Shown here piece by piece: positions 11,151-23,234 of a DNA stretch of 64,000 bases; within the stretch, counting starts at the first letter, position 1, and each line of letters opens with the position of its first letter. Made by a program: the position numbers and the translations under genes. Below the pieces are notes generated by a model, which ran no database searches, was not told the origin of the DNA, and saw only the letters and a program-made list of their open reading frames with translations. This DNA is from Alphaproteobacteria bacterium (GTDB taxonomy: Bacteria > Pseudomonadota > Alphaproteobacteria > UBA8366 > JADFVY01). The stretch is taken from contig JBFHDX010000001.1 of the NCBI GenBank assembly GCA_041584475.1, forward strand, positions 820 through 64,819, written 5' to 3'.

Positions 11151-11238
11151 AGGCCGGGCCGTGGCTTGACAGCGGCCGCGTCGACGGCCCATATCACCGA
11201 CGCGCGCGGAGCCACGCGCGACGACGGCAGGAGAAGGG

Positions 11239-12051
11239 ATGACAACGAACAGCAATCCGGCGGAAGGTAAGGGCGGTGGCAACGTCGAAATGGGTGTGCA
11301 GGTGAACGCTGCCCGCGAACGCCCGGAAGCGGGTCCGCTGCGCCGTGCGCTGTGGAACGATACGGTCCAGACCATCGTGTACGCGATCCTGATCGCGATC
11401 GCGGTCCGCATCGTCGCCTTCGAGCCGTTCAATATTCCGTCGGGGTCGATGTACCCGACGTTGATGGTTGGCGACTACCTGTTCGTATCGAAATACAGCT
11501 ACGGTTACAGCCGTCACTCCTTTCCCTGGAGCATTCCGCCGTTCGAGGGCCGCATATTCGAGGGTTCGCCCGAGCGGGGCGACGTCGTCGTGTTCAAGGA
11601 ACCGCGCGGCAACAGCACCGACTATATCAAGCGGGTCATCGGGCTGCCCGGCGACACCATCCAGGTCGTTGGCGGCGTCCTTTACGTCAATGGAGAGGGC
11701 GTCGAGCGCCGGCGTATCGAGGACTATGTCTGGGAGGATGGTCGCCGGTCGGTGCAATATGTCGAAGTCCTCCCGAACGGTCGAACACACCGGATTCTCG
11801 AGGAAGAAGGGGATCTCGGATCGAACGACGACACGCAGATCTATGCGGTCCCGCCGGCCCACTACTTCATGATGGGCGACAACCGCGACAATTCCTCGGA
11901 CAGCCGCGTGATCGGGCCGGTACCGTCGGAAAACCTGATCGGGCGTGCCGAAATCCTGTTCTACTCGCACGATGGAACCGCGCGCTGGTGGCAGGTCTGG
12001 AAGTGGCCCTTCGCCATGCGCTTCGGGCGTTTCTTCAACTCGGTGGAGTGA
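11239..12051 (+). CDS. lepB: signal peptidase I
   Basis: The catalytic Ser box is PSGSMYPTL. YIKRVIGLPGD and GDNRDNSSDSR are also present. Confidence 0.9.
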   Translation: MTTNSNPAEGKGGGNVEMGVQVNAARERPEAGPLRRALWNDTVQTIVYAILIAIAVRIVAFEPFNIPSGSMYPTLMVGDYLFVSKYSYGYSRHSFPWSIPPFEGRIFEGSPERGDVVVFKEPRGNSTDYIKRVIGLPGDTIQVVGGVLYVNGEGVERRRIEDYVWEDGRRSVQYVEVLPNGRTHRILEEEGDLGSNDDTQIYAVPPAHYFMMGDNRDNSSDSRVIGPVPSENLIGRAEILFYSHDGTARWWQVWKWPFAMRFGRFFNSVE

Positions 12052-12074
12052 CCGGCCGCCGCACGGTTTGACTG

Positions 12075-12746
12075 ATGGACAAGCTGACGGCGATCACCGG
12101 CCATACCTTCCGCGACCCGGCGCTGCTCCGCCTCGCGCTGACCCACAGGAGCGCCGCGGGCAAGGGGCGCGAGACCTACGAAAGGCTGGAGTTCCTCGGC
12201 GACCGCGTGCTCGCGCTGGTCATCGCCGATCTGCTCTACAAGGCGTATCCGAGCGAGGACGAGGGCGCACTCGCCAAGCGGCTGGTCGACCTGGTGCGGC
12301 GCGAAACGCTGGCGGAAATCGCGCAGTCGTTAGGACTGCCGGCGCTGATTGAACTGAGTCGCGGCGAGGAGGACGCCGGCGGACGCGACAATCCGGCGAT
12401 TCTGGCGGACGTCTGCGAAGCGATGATCGGTGCGCTCTATCTCGACGGCGGTCTCGAAATGGCGCGGTCGTTTATCCGGCGCAACTGGAGCGATCGCATG
12501 GCCAGCACGCCGGAACCGCCGAAGGATGCCAAGACGGCGCTTCAGGAATGGGCGCAGGGGCGCGGCCTCGAGTTGCCCGAATACCGGGAAATCGAGCGCA
12601 GCGGTCCCGACCATGCGCCGTTGTTCACGATCGAGGTTTGCGTCGACGATTTCCCGCCGGAGCGGGGCGAGGGCCCGACCAAACGAGCGGCGGAGCAAGT
12701 GGCGGCCGAGAGACTGCTGGCGCGCCTGGAAACGGTCGATGGCTGA
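12075..12746 (+). CDS. rnc: ribonuclease III
   Basis: The RNase III signature ERLEFLGDRVL is present, with a C-terminal dsRBD (DAKTALQEWAQ...GPDHAP.F). Confidence 0.95.
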   Translation: MDKLTAITGHTFRDPALLRLALTHRSAAGKGRETYERLEFLGDRVLALVIADLLYKAYPSEDEGALAKRLVDLVRRETLAEIAQSLGLPALIELSRGEEDAGGRDNPAILADVCEAMIGALYLDGGLEMARSFIRRNWSDRMASTPEPPKDAKTALQEWAQGRGLELPEYREIERSGPDHAPLFTIEVCVDDFPPERGEGPTKRAAEQVAAERLLARLETVDG

Positions 12747-13641
12747 GGCGCCGAGGCGATGCGGATTCGTTGCCCTGATCGGGGCGCCCAACGCCGGTAA
12801 GTCGACGCTCCTGAACCGGCTGGTCGGCGCCAAGGTCTCGATCGTGACGCCGAAGGTGCAGACGACCCGCACGCGGGTACTCGGCATTGCCATCCGCGCA
12901 ACCGCGCAGATCATCTTCGTCGATACGCCCGGCATCTTCAGGCCGCGGCGACGTCTCGATCGAGCGATGGTCGCCGCCGCCTGGTCGGGAGCAGCCGATG
13001 CGGACATCGTGGTGCTGCTGGTCGACGCCACGCGACCGGTCAGCGACGATACGCGATCGATTATCGAAGGGCTGGCCGGCGATGGCCGCCAGGCGGTACT
13101 CGCGCTCAACAAGGTCGATGCGGTCAAGCGCGAATCCCTGCTCGGGCTGAGTGCGGAACTCAACGCGACCGGCCAGTTCACGGATACCTTCATGATCTCG
13201 GCGACCACCGGCGACGGCGTCGAGGATCTCATGAACCTCGTTGTGGCGAGGCTGCCCGAAGGTCCGTGGCTGTTCCCCGAGGAGCAGATTTCCGACATGC
13301 CGGAGCGGCTTCTCGCGGCCGAGATTACGCGCGAGAAATTGTTTCTGCAGCTGCACAAGGAACTGCCCTACGCGCTGACCGTGGAAACCGAGGAATGGGA
13401 GAACCTCCGCGATGGCAGCGCCCGCATACGCCAGGTCATCTACGTCCAGCGCGACAGCCAGAAAGCGATCGTGCTGGGCAGCGGCGGCAGCCGTATCAAG
13501 TCGGTTGGCGTCGCGGCGCGGGAGGAGTTGGAGCTGATGCTCGGCCGCAGGGTCCATCTCGTTCTTTACGTGAAGGTACGCGAGAAATGGGGCGAGGATC
13601 CCGAGCGCTATCGCGATTGGGGCCTCGACTACAACGCATAG
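12739..13641 (+). CDS. era: GTPase Era
   Basis: The internal Met of ORF 12430..13641 gives MAEAPRRCGFVALIGAPNAGKSTLLN...DTPG...NKVD plus a KH domain. It overlaps rnc by 8 nt (ATGGCTGA). Confidence 0.95.
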   Translation: MAEAPRRCGFVALIGAPNAGKSTLLNRLVGAKVSIVTPKVQTTRTRVLGIAIRATAQIIFVDTPGIFRPRRRLDRAMVAAAWSGAADADIVVLLVDATRPVSDDTRSIIEGLAGDGRQAVLALNKVDAVKRESLLGLSAELNATGQFTDTFMISATTGDGVEDLMNLVVARLPEGPWLFPEEQISDMPERLLAAEITREKLFLQLHKELPYALTVETEEWENLRDGSARIRQVIYVQRDSQKAIVLGSGGSRIKSVGVAAREELELMLGRRVHLVLYVKVREKWGEDPERYRDWGLDYNA

Positions 13642-13677
13642 CATCGGCGGCGGCCATCAGGGCTCGCGCGGGTTCGC

Positions 13678-14511
13678 ATGTCCGTTCGCGCCCGGCACAA
13701 CAGCGGGAGGACAGACGACGTGACCGACACATATCAGGTCTATGCGATCAAGTACGCGCATCACGAGCGGCCGGCACGGGACAACTTCATCGGCGGCGAC
13801 CCGCACGACGGGCCCATGCCGCTGGACTACTTCGTCTGGGCGATCGTCGGCGACGGTCGGGCGATCGTGGTCGATACGGGATTTGATCCGGCGATGGGGG
13901 CCAAGCGCGGACGTTCGATGCTGAACCCGCCGGCCGATGGGCTGCGAGCGATTGGTCTCGAACCGGAACGGATCGAGGACGTCGTCATCACGCACATGCA
14001 TTACGACCACGCCGGCAATCACACGCTCTTCCCGAACGCCCGGTATCATCTGCAGGATCGCGAGATGGCTTACTGCACCGGGCGCTGCATGTGCCATGAC
14101 GCCTTGCGTTCGGCGTTCGAGGCGGAGGACGTCGCGGTCATGGTGCGGCGCGTCTTCGAGGGACGCGTCACGTTTCACGACGGCTCATCCGAGATCGCCC
14201 CCGGGATCAGCGTCCACCATGTCGGCGGTCACACCAACGGCCTCCAGGTGGTCCGCGTGCGCACCGGCAGGGGCTGGCTCGTGCTGGCGTCGGACGCCTC
14301 CCACCTGTACGCCAATATCGAGCAGGCGCGGCCATTTCCCATCGTCTACAATGTCGGTGACATGCTCGAGGGCTTCGCGCGCATAAAGCGGCTCGCGGAC
14401 TCGGCCGATCACATAATCCCGGGACATGATCCCGCGGTGCTCGCGCGCTATCCGGCGCCGAACGACGCTCTGCAGGGTTGGGTCGCAAAGGTCGACGCGC
14501 CGCCCGAGTGA
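13678..14511 (+). CDS. MBL-fold metallo-hydrolase, N-acyl-homoserine-lactonase-like family
   Basis: The HxHxDH motif is VVITHMHYDHAGNH, with later HHVGGHT and IPGHD. The YQVYAIKY... N-terminus resembles AttM/AiiB-type lactonases. The substrate cannot be inferred. Confidence 0.7.
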   Translation: MSVRARHNSGRTDDVTDTYQVYAIKYAHHERPARDNFIGGDPHDGPMPLDYFVWAIVGDGRAIVVDTGFDPAMGAKRGRSMLNPPADGLRAIGLEPERIEDVVITHMHYDHAGNHTLFPNARYHLQDREMAYCTGRCMCHDALRSAFEAEDVAVMVRRVFEGRVTFHDGSSEIAPGISVHHVGGHTNGLQVVRVRTGRGWLVLASDASHLYANIEQARPFPIVYNVGDMLEGFARIKRLADSADHIIPGHDPAVLARYPAPNDALQGWVAKVDAPPE

Positions 14512-14562
14512 GTCACCCATTGGCCGAATTGGCCGCACGCACGATACAGGGAGGCAGGGACG

Positions 14563-15456
14563 ATGGCCGAAGAGACATTGGGTTTCGTCGGGCTGGGCCA
14601 AATGGGCGGGCCGATGTCGACGCGGCTGCTCGAGGCGGGCCGGTCGCTCTGCGTCTTCGACACGGACGGCGCGGCCGCCGAGCGTCTCGTCGCTCGCGGG
14701 GCCGCCCTTGCCGAATCCGCAAATGATGTCGCTTCGGCCGCCGAGATCGTCTTCGTCAGCCTGCCGACGCCCGAAATCGTCGAAGCCGTTGCGCTGTCTG
14801 ACGAGGGCCTTGCCGGCGGCTCGCGGATCCGGGTCGCCATCGACCTCTCGACGAACGGTCCGACCGTCACCGCCAGGATCGCCGAGCGGCTGGCGGAGCG
14901 GGACATCGCCTGGGTCGACGCGCCGGTCAGCGGCGGCGTCGCCGGCGCGGCAGCGGGCACGCTCGCCGTCATGGCGGCCTGTCCGCGCGATCTGCTCGAG
15001 CGCGTCGAGCCGATGCTGCGGGTCTTCGGACGGGTCTTCCATGTCGGTGACAGACCGGGTCTCGGTCAGGTCGCGAAACTCGGCAACAACCTGCTGTCGG
15101 TGGCGGCCCTGACGCTCACCTCCGAGGTCGTGGCCATGGGCGTGAAGGCGGGCATCGATCCGGCGGTGCTCGTGGAGATCTTCAATGCGGGTACCGGGCG
15201 CAACAGTGCCACCCAGGATAAGTTTCCGCGCGCAATCCTGCCCAGGACCTTCGATGCCGGTTTTGCCACCGGCCTGGCCTACAAGGATCTGCGGCTCTGC
15301 ATCGACGAGGCCGAATCGCTCGGCGTGCCCATGGTGGTCGGCGCGGTCGTCCGCGAGATGATGGCCGTGACCAACGCTCGCTTCGGCCCGCAGTCGGACT
15401 TCACGTCCGTGGCCCGGGTCGTCGAGGAATGGGCCGGTATCGAGATCCGCCCCTGA
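14563..15456 (+). CDS. NAD(P)-dependent oxidoreductase, 3-hydroxyisobutyrate dehydrogenase family
   Basis: The Rossmann motif is LGFVGLGQMGGPMSTRLLEAG. DAPVSGG and GxGQxxKxxNN (LGQVAKLGNN) are also present. Confidence 0.8.
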   Translation: MAEETLGFVGLGQMGGPMSTRLLEAGRSLCVFDTDGAAAERLVARGAALAESANDVASAAEIVFVSLPTPEIVEAVALSDEGLAGGSRIRVAIDLSTNGPTVTARIAERLAERDIAWVDAPVSGGVAGAAAGTLAVMAACPRDLLERVEPMLRVFGRVFHVGDRPGLGQVAKLGNNLLSVAALTLTSEVVAMGVKAGIDPAVLVEIFNAGTGRNSATQDKFPRAILPRTFDAGFATGLAYKDLRLCIDEAESLGVPMVVGAVVREMMAVTNARFGPQSDFTSVARVVEEWAGIEIRP

Positions 15457-15505
15457 GCCTTACGCGCTTCGGGATACGATTCAATCGTGCAGAAAAGGAA
15501 CGATC

Positions 15506-16396
15506 ATGGCCCGCATAAATATCCAGTTCACACGGTTTTCCGCCTTCTACAGTCCGCTCATTGCGACGGCCGCGGCAGGCTTCCTGGCCGACGAGGGACT
15601 CGAGCCCGAGCTCTCGGTCTCCGCGCCGGGCGTCTCCGCCATCGCGGCCCTGCTCGACGGCAGCGCCCACGTCGTCCAATCCGCACCGTCGCAGGGGCTT
15701 GCCGCGCTGGAAAAGGGCGAGGAACCCAAGGCCGTGCATTTTGCGCAGATCAACGAAAAAGATGGTTTTTTCCTGACCGCGCGGCAGCCGGACGATGCCT
15801 TCGCATGGTCCAAGCTCGCCGGCAAGCGCGTCCTCGTCGACCATGGCGGACAGCCCCTCGCCATGTTCAAATATGCGTGCAAGAAGCAGGGGCTCGATTT
15901 CGAGTCGATCGTCGCCGTCGACGCCGGCAACGTCGACCAGATGGATGCTGCCTTTCGAGCCGGCGAGGCCGACTATATCCATCAGCAGGGGCCGGCCCCG
16001 CAGCAGCTGGAACATGATGGCGTCGGCTATGTCGTGGCGGGCCTGGGCGACGCCATCGGCCCCTGCGCGTTCTCGAGCCTGGCGGCGACCCGTGAATGGC
16101 TTGGAACCGACATGGCGCGCGCCTTCATGCGCGCCTACCGGAAGGCTCGGAAGTGGATCAACACGACGCCCCCGTCAGAGATCGCTGCCGTCGAGCGCGA
16201 GCACTTCCCCGATGTCGATCCGGAAGTCCTTGCCAGTACCATCGCCGCCTACCAGAAGCTCGGCAACTGGTCCGAGCATGTGGAGATCACGCGCGAGGCT
16301 TTCGAGGTCACGCTCGACGTGTTCCGCAATGTCGGCCGGACGGTCGCGGGCGACCCTTACGCGAAGATCGTCGTCCCGCCGCCGGATATGAGGTGA
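15506..16396 (+). CDS. NMT1/THI5-like (NitT/TauT-type) substrate-binding-fold protein without obvious signal peptide
   Basis: The overall pattern resembles type-2 periplasmic-binding-fold NMT1-like proteins. The N-terminus MARINIQFTRFSAFYSPL has no hydrophobic leader, and there is no adjacent permease or ATPase. Confidence 0.55.
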   Translation: MARINIQFTRFSAFYSPLIATAAAGFLADEGLEPELSVSAPGVSAIAALLDGSAHVVQSAPSQGLAALEKGEEPKAVHFAQINEKDGFFLTARQPDDAFAWSKLAGKRVLVDHGGQPLAMFKYACKKQGLDFESIVAVDAGNVDQMDAAFRAGEADYIHQQGPAPQQLEHDGVGYVVAGLGDAIGPCAFSSLAATREWLGTDMARAFMRAYRKARKWINTTPPSEIAAVEREHFPDVDPEVLASTIAAYQKLGNWSEHVEITREAFEVTLDVFRNVGRTVAGDPYAKIVVPPPDMR

Positions 16397-16442
16397 ACGG
16401 CCACGCGGGTTGCGGCGGGCATTGGCATGCGGGCATAGGGCG

Positions 16443-17183
16443 ATGGACTGGACCGATGACGGCATCGTGCTGACGGTGCGGCGGCACGGCGAATCCTCTG
16501 CGATCGTCAGCCTGCTGACGGCGCAGCACGGCCGGCATGCGGGCCTGGTCCGCGGCGGGGCGTCGCGACGGAATCGCGGCACGCTGCAGCCCGGCAATCA
16601 AGTCTTCGCCAGCTGGCGGGCCCGTCTCGAACAGCATCTCGGCACCTATTCGATCGAGCCGGTGCGCAGCAACGCAGCTCTTTATGACCGCCCAGGGCCG
16701 CTGGCTGCACTGGCATCGGCGACGGCCCTAGTCGAGGCGACCCTGCCCGAACGGGCCCCCCATCCGGACCTGTTCCGGGTGCTGACGGTCCTGCTGGACG
16801 CGCTTGGCCACCCGGGCTGGGGCGCGGCCTATGTGCGCTGGGAGCTCTCGCTCCTGGCCGAATTGGGCTTCGGCCTCGATCTCAGCGAATGTGCCGCGAC
16901 GGGCGCCAATGACGGCCTCGCCTACGTCTCGCCGAGAAGCGGCCGAGCCGTGTCGCTGTCGGCCGGCGAACCCTGGAGGAACAGGCTGTTGCCGCTTCCC
17001 GGATTCCTGACGCCCGCGAAGACGGCGGCCGCTCCGGGCGACATCCGCGACGGCCTCGCGCTGACCGGGTGGTTCCTCGCCCGGCACGTGTTCGAGCCGC
17101 ACGGGGCGAAGACACCGATGGCACGCGAACGTCTCGTCACTTTCGTACGCGGGCTCGACGTCCGGCGGCAAGAAATAGTATAA
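16443..17183 (+). CDS. recO: DNA repair protein RecO
   Basis: MDWTDDGIVLTVRRHGESSAIVSLLTAQHGRHAGLVRGG... is a typical alphaproteobacterial RecO N-terminus (OB fold). Confidence 0.9.
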   Translation: MDWTDDGIVLTVRRHGESSAIVSLLTAQHGRHAGLVRGGASRRNRGTLQPGNQVFASWRARLEQHLGTYSIEPVRSNAALYDRPGPLAALASATALVEATLPERAPHPDLFRVLTVLLDALGHPGWGAAYVRWELSLLAELGFGLDLSECAATGANDGLAYVSPRSGRAVSLSAGEPWRNRLLPLPGFLTPAKTAAAPGDIRDGLALTGWFLARHVFEPHGAKTPMARERLVTFVRGLDVRRQEIV

Positions 17184-17219
17184 GTTCCGATAGCCCACAC
17201 CATATCTGGTAGGAAGCCC

Positions 17220-19445
<2,226 letters not shown>

Positions 19446-19510
19446 GGTTTTGCCGGCGGCGTCGCTATAACGGCGGCATCTGGATCTTCGCGGTGAAGGG
19501 GGAGCGGAGC

Positions 19511-20116
19511 ATGGCGGACATGACTGCGATGACGGGGCAAACGTTGATCGGAACCGTCTGGCCGGAAAGGTCGGTCGCGCGGCCACTGCGGCTGGCGATC
19601 CTGGCAATCGCCGGGACTGCGTTGCTGACGCTGTCGGCCAAGATACAGGTGCCGTTCTGGCCGGTGCCGATGACGATGCAGACATTCGCCGTGCTGGTCA
19701 TCGGCATGGCCTATGGCTGGCGTCTCGGCGGAGCAACCCTGCTGCTGTATATCGCCGAGGGCGCGGCCGGCCTGCCGGTCTTCGCCGGGACGCCCGAGAA
19801 GGGCCTGGGACTGGCCTACATGACCGGGCCGACCGGCGGATATCTGCTCGGTTTCGTCCTCGCGGCCGCCCTGGTCGGCTGGCTCGCCGAGAAAGGCTGG
19901 GATCGTCGCGTCCCCACGACGGCGCTGGCCATGCTGCTCGGCAACGCGGTGATCTACATCCCCGGGCTGCTGTGGCTCGCGGTAATGATCGGGCTCGAGA
20001 AGGCGGTCAAGTTCGGCCTTGCACCGTTTCTCATGGGCGATGCCGTCAAGCTGCTGCTCGCGGCCGCGGCGTTGCCGCTGGCGTGGCGTGTCGTGCAGCG
20101 CTGGCGCGGCTCCTGA
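19511..20116 (+). CDS. bioY: biotin transporter BioY
   Basis: The internal Met of ORF 19328..20116 gives ...LSAKIQVPFWPVPMTMQTFAVLVIG...GPTGGYLLGF... Confidence 0.85.
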   Translation: MADMTAMTGQTLIGTVWPERSVARPLRLAILAIAGTALLTLSAKIQVPFWPVPMTMQTFAVLVIGMAYGWRLGGATLLLYIAEGAAGLPVFAGTPEKGLGLAYMTGPTGGYLLGFVLAAALVGWLAEKGWDRRVPTTALAMLLGNAVIYIPGLLWLAVMIGLEKAVKFGLAPFLMGDAVKLLLAAAALPLAWRVVQRWRGS

Positions 20117-20193
20117 ACCCGATAGAAGGCACCAAGCGAAACGGCCGCCGGAGATCCGACCGGCGACCGTATGCATTTGATTGGACGGTAGCC

Positions 20194-21468
20194 TTAGAAG
20201 CGGAACACCCCCTGGATCGTCACGATGTCGACCGAATTCTCGTAATCGGCCGTCAGCGAGGGAAGCGCGGGTGTCGTATAACCCGCAGGTAGATTCACAT
20301 TCGAGTCCTTCACGAAGAGATGCGTGTATCCGGCATCGATCGTGAAGGAATCAGAAACGTTGTAGCCGGCTCCGACCGCGATCCATGTCCGATCCTCGTC
20401 CGGAATGCGCGGTGTCCGGAATGCATCGGGTATGGGCGACTGGTTCCAGGCAACGCCGCCGCGCAGCTTCCATTTCTCGTCGAGTCTCCAGGTCGCACCG
20501 AGCGATACCCACCAGCTGTCGTCCCAATTCTCGGGCGTGATGCTGAAGGGCGTACCGGCAGCGTCCTTGACGCGAATTTCGTCGAACGTGCTCCAGTTGG
20601 TCCAGCCAATCTCAGCCATGACGGCAAAGGATTCACTGTAATCGTGATAGGCACCGATGGTGACGATATCCGGCAAAGTGAGGTCGGCCGAAGCGTCGAT
20701 GACCGTCGGGCCCGGGGACGTGAATGTGCCCTTGATCGTATGCTTGACTCTTGAGCGGTACCCGAGGCCGAACCGCGTCGCCTCGGAAGCTTCGTACAGA
20801 ATCCCCAGGTTGACCCCGAACCCCCAGTCGTCACCGGTCAACTCTCCGAGCGTTCCCGGTCCCGCTCCAGTCATCTGGCTCAGTGTCGCATCGGCATATT
20901 GAATCTGCAGACCGATGCCGACCGACAAGTTCTCGTTCACCCTGTAGGCAACGACCGGATTGACATTGACGGTCAGGAGTTCGGAATCGACCGCATGCAG
21001 CCGGCCCTGCCATGTCTGCGTGTATTCTGTCTTCAGGCCGAACGGCGCGTTGATGCCAACCGCGATCTTGAGGTCCTCGCTGACCGACCACATACCGTAA
21101 CCGACTGGGACGAACGCGTTGACGCCGGCATCACCGGATGTCGACTCACCGCCGATCGCTGCACCGACCGTGGCATTATCCGTCTCCGACTTGGGTGCGA
21201 TGTAACTCAGAACGGCAGCGACCTGGTTGTCGCCGTGCCGCGTCAGCCCGGCTGGGTTGAAATACATGTAGGTCACGTCTTCGGCGCCCGCGGTCGCCCC
21301 TGCGAAGGCGTTGCCGAGCGCCGCGGCGCTCTGCTCCTTCAGCTCGAACCCGCTCGCCGCGGCCGTCCCGGAATATCCGAAGAGGGCGGTGGCAATTGCG
21401 CCCGCGGCGATGAATGTGCCGAAGATTCGCGCATCGACGCGCGCAAACGGAAAATTCGTGTCTCCCAT
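20194..21468 (-). CDS. outer-membrane transport protein, FadL/OmpP1/TodX family
   Basis: There is a signal peptide followed by SGFELKEQSAAALGNAFAG. Beta-strand periodicity runs throughout and the protein ends in a terminal Phe (QGVFRF). Confidence 0.8.
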   Translation of the reverse strand: MGDTNFPFARVDARIFGTFIAAGAIATALFGYSGTAAASGFELKEQSAAALGNAFAGATAGAEDVTYMYFNPAGLTRHGDNQVAAVLSYIAPKSETDNATVGAAIGGESTSGDAGVNAFVPVGYGMWSVSEDLKIAVGINAPFGLKTEYTQTWQGRLHAVDSELLTVNVNPVVAYRVNENLSVGIGLQIQYADATLSQMTGAGPGTLGELTGDDWGFGVNLGILYEASEATRFGLGYRSRVKHTIKGTFTSPGPTVIDASADLTLPDIVTIGAYHDYSESFAVMAEIGWTNWSTFDEIRVKDAAGTPFSITPENWDDSWWVSLGATWRLDEKWKLRGGVAWNQSPIPDAFRTPRIPDEDRTWIAVGAGYNVSDSFTIDAGYTHLFVKDSNVNLPAGYTTPALPSLTADYENSVDIVTIQGVFRF

Positions 21469-21600
21469 TGCGTGACCTCCATGAGTTCATTTGCCCCCAG
21501 CGCGTACAGCGAAGCAGCCGCGCCGGTTTGCCGGCAATTCTGACCCAACCGGGTGCTAAAGGAAAGAATTTAAATGTTTTTGTCTTAGTGCGGGAACCGG

Positions 21601-22599
21601 CTAGAGGCTCGAAATCTCCTCCAGGGTCGACCGGTAGTTGGCGTCGTCGGGGCCGCCGATCTCGATCGCCCTGGTTGCCGCTTCGATCGCCTCGTCGCGG
21701 CGTCCGGTCTCCACGAGGACATAGGCAAGGTTGTTCCAGGCCGGCGCCGCCGAGCCCGGCTGCGCGGCGATGGCATCCCGGTACGCGGCCTCCGCTCCGG
21801 CCAGATCTTTCAACGCGTAACGAACGTTGCCGAGTCCGAAATAGGCGGCGAAGCTGCGCGGCAAGCGCGCCGCGATCGTCCCGTACGCGGTTTCGGCGGC
21901 ACGCAGCTGACCGACGCGCTCGAGCCCGGCGGCGGCGCGCAGCAATTCGATTTCGTCGACGGCGACGGGCAGCTCGTCGGGGTTCAGCACGACGAGCGCC
22001 CAGTAGCCGCCGCGCGCCCAGGTTCGTTCGAAGGTTGCCAGCGACACGGAGCGGCTCTCGGAGGTGCCGGTATGGAGGGTCAGCTGGCCGGCGTCGAGGT
22101 CGTAGCCGATGGCGACCGCGAAATGCCACTGCGGGAGCCAGTTCAGCCCCAGATTCTGAAACACGAGCACCGGCCGGCCGACGGCCAGTTCGGCGAGCAT
22201 TTCCGCCAACGTCTCGACCGGAACCGCCATGCGGCCGTTGCGACGGACCGCGGCAATCACGTCGGGCTGCAGCGTGCCGACGCGCCCGGGCGTGTAGACC
22301 TGCGGAACGAGATCGTCCTGGGTGACCGGCAGACCGGTCCAGGCAAGCGTCATGGCGACGGCCGCGGGACCGCAATAGAACCGCTCCTGCGGGAAGAAAG
22401 GCACGTCGTCCACCCGCGCTTGCGTCGGCAGCTCGCCGGCGTCGGCGCGGAGCAGGGCGGTTTGCTCCGCGGTGGTGCAGGCAGCGACGAGGAGGAAGAC
22501 CAAACTCGCGACAACGGCTCGGACAAATTGCCTGATCACGGGCACGTCACGCCTCCGCGTCCACCTCCACAATTCATCCCCGGCCACGCCGTCACGCAC
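21601..22599 (-). CDS. C39-like cysteine peptidase with C-terminal TPR repeats, lipoprotein (PA2778-family-like)
   Basis: The lipobox is LLVAAC. The catalytic Cys context is FFPQERFYCGPAAVAMTLAW and the His context is PQWHFAVAIGYD. The TPR-like C-terminal half includes AYFGLGNVRYALKDLAGAEAAYRDAIAAQP and NNLAYVLVETGRRDEAIEA. Confidence 0.7.
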   Translation of the reverse strand: MRDGVAGDELWRWTRRRDVPVIRQFVRAVVASLVFLLVAACTTAEQTALLRADAGELPTQARVDDVPFFPQERFYCGPAAVAMTLAWTGLPVTQDDLVPQVYTPGRVGTLQPDVIAAVRRNGRMAVPVETLAEMLAELAVGRPVLVFQNLGLNWLPQWHFAVAIGYDLDAGQLTLHTGTSESRSVSLATFERTWARGGYWALVVLNPDELPVAVDEIELLRAAAGLERVGQLRAAETAYGTIAARLPRSFAAYFGLGNVRYALKDLAGAEAAYRDAIAAQPGSAAPAWNNLAYVLVETGRRDEAIEAATRAIEIGGPDDANYRSTLEEISSL

Positions 22600-22606
22600 G
22601 GGCGAT

Positions 22607-22975
22607 TCATACCAGCAGGATGATGATCACGACCACCAAGAGGATGATAATGAGGGCGGTGGCATTGTCCACTTGCCCGGCCGGCAGCGCGTCGATTCGT
22701 CCTGCGATCTCCAGCACCTCGGCGTCGGACAGGCTCTCGACGCGGCGGTTGGCCTCTTCGGGTGCGACACCCATGGCCCGCAGATCATCGCGTACGGTTT
22801 CGCGTCCGAAGAACGCCGTTATCTTGGCGCGTTCCGCGTCGATTTCCCGTGCCTCGATTACGGTTTCGGTGGCAACGAGGCCGGCGCGGGCTGCGCCGAC
22901 CGGACACGAGATCAGCGCGATTGCGAAGGCCAAAGGAAGCGCAAGCGCGGATGCAAATCTGCGTAACCTGTCCAT
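22607..22975 (-). CDS. small signal-peptide protein with extreme C-terminal TM segment (PA2779-family-like), paralogue 1
   Basis: 122 aa. It has a signal peptide (ALALPLAFAIALISCPVGAARA) and a helical about 70-aa middle, and ends ...LSDAEVLEIAGRIDALPAGQVDNATALIIILLVVVIIILLV. Its stop is 7 nt upstream of the peptidase start. Confidence 0.65.
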   Translation of the reverse strand: MDRLRRFASALALPLAFAIALISCPVGAARAGLVATETVIEAREIDAERAKITAFFGRETVRDDLRAMGVAPEEANRRVESLSDAEVLEIAGRIDALPAGQVDNATALIIILLVVVIIILLV

Positions 22976-23234
22976 CGACCCTGTCCCCTCTGTTGAAGTG
23001 TTGTCGCCATATCATGCTTCGGTAATCGGCAACCGACAACTTCCGCGCGTCGCACCGCAGACGATCGAATAATGCCAAGACCGGGGCCGGCGACCAATCC
23101 CCGTCCTCGGTTCGCGCGCCACCCCCTCTCAGGCCGGCGCACCATCGGCCACGCGATCCCAAGGACCGCGATGGCGCGACGATGCGGGTCGGCATACGGC
23201 GTCAACCGCAAGGTTTCCGCCCTATTCGAGTCGA

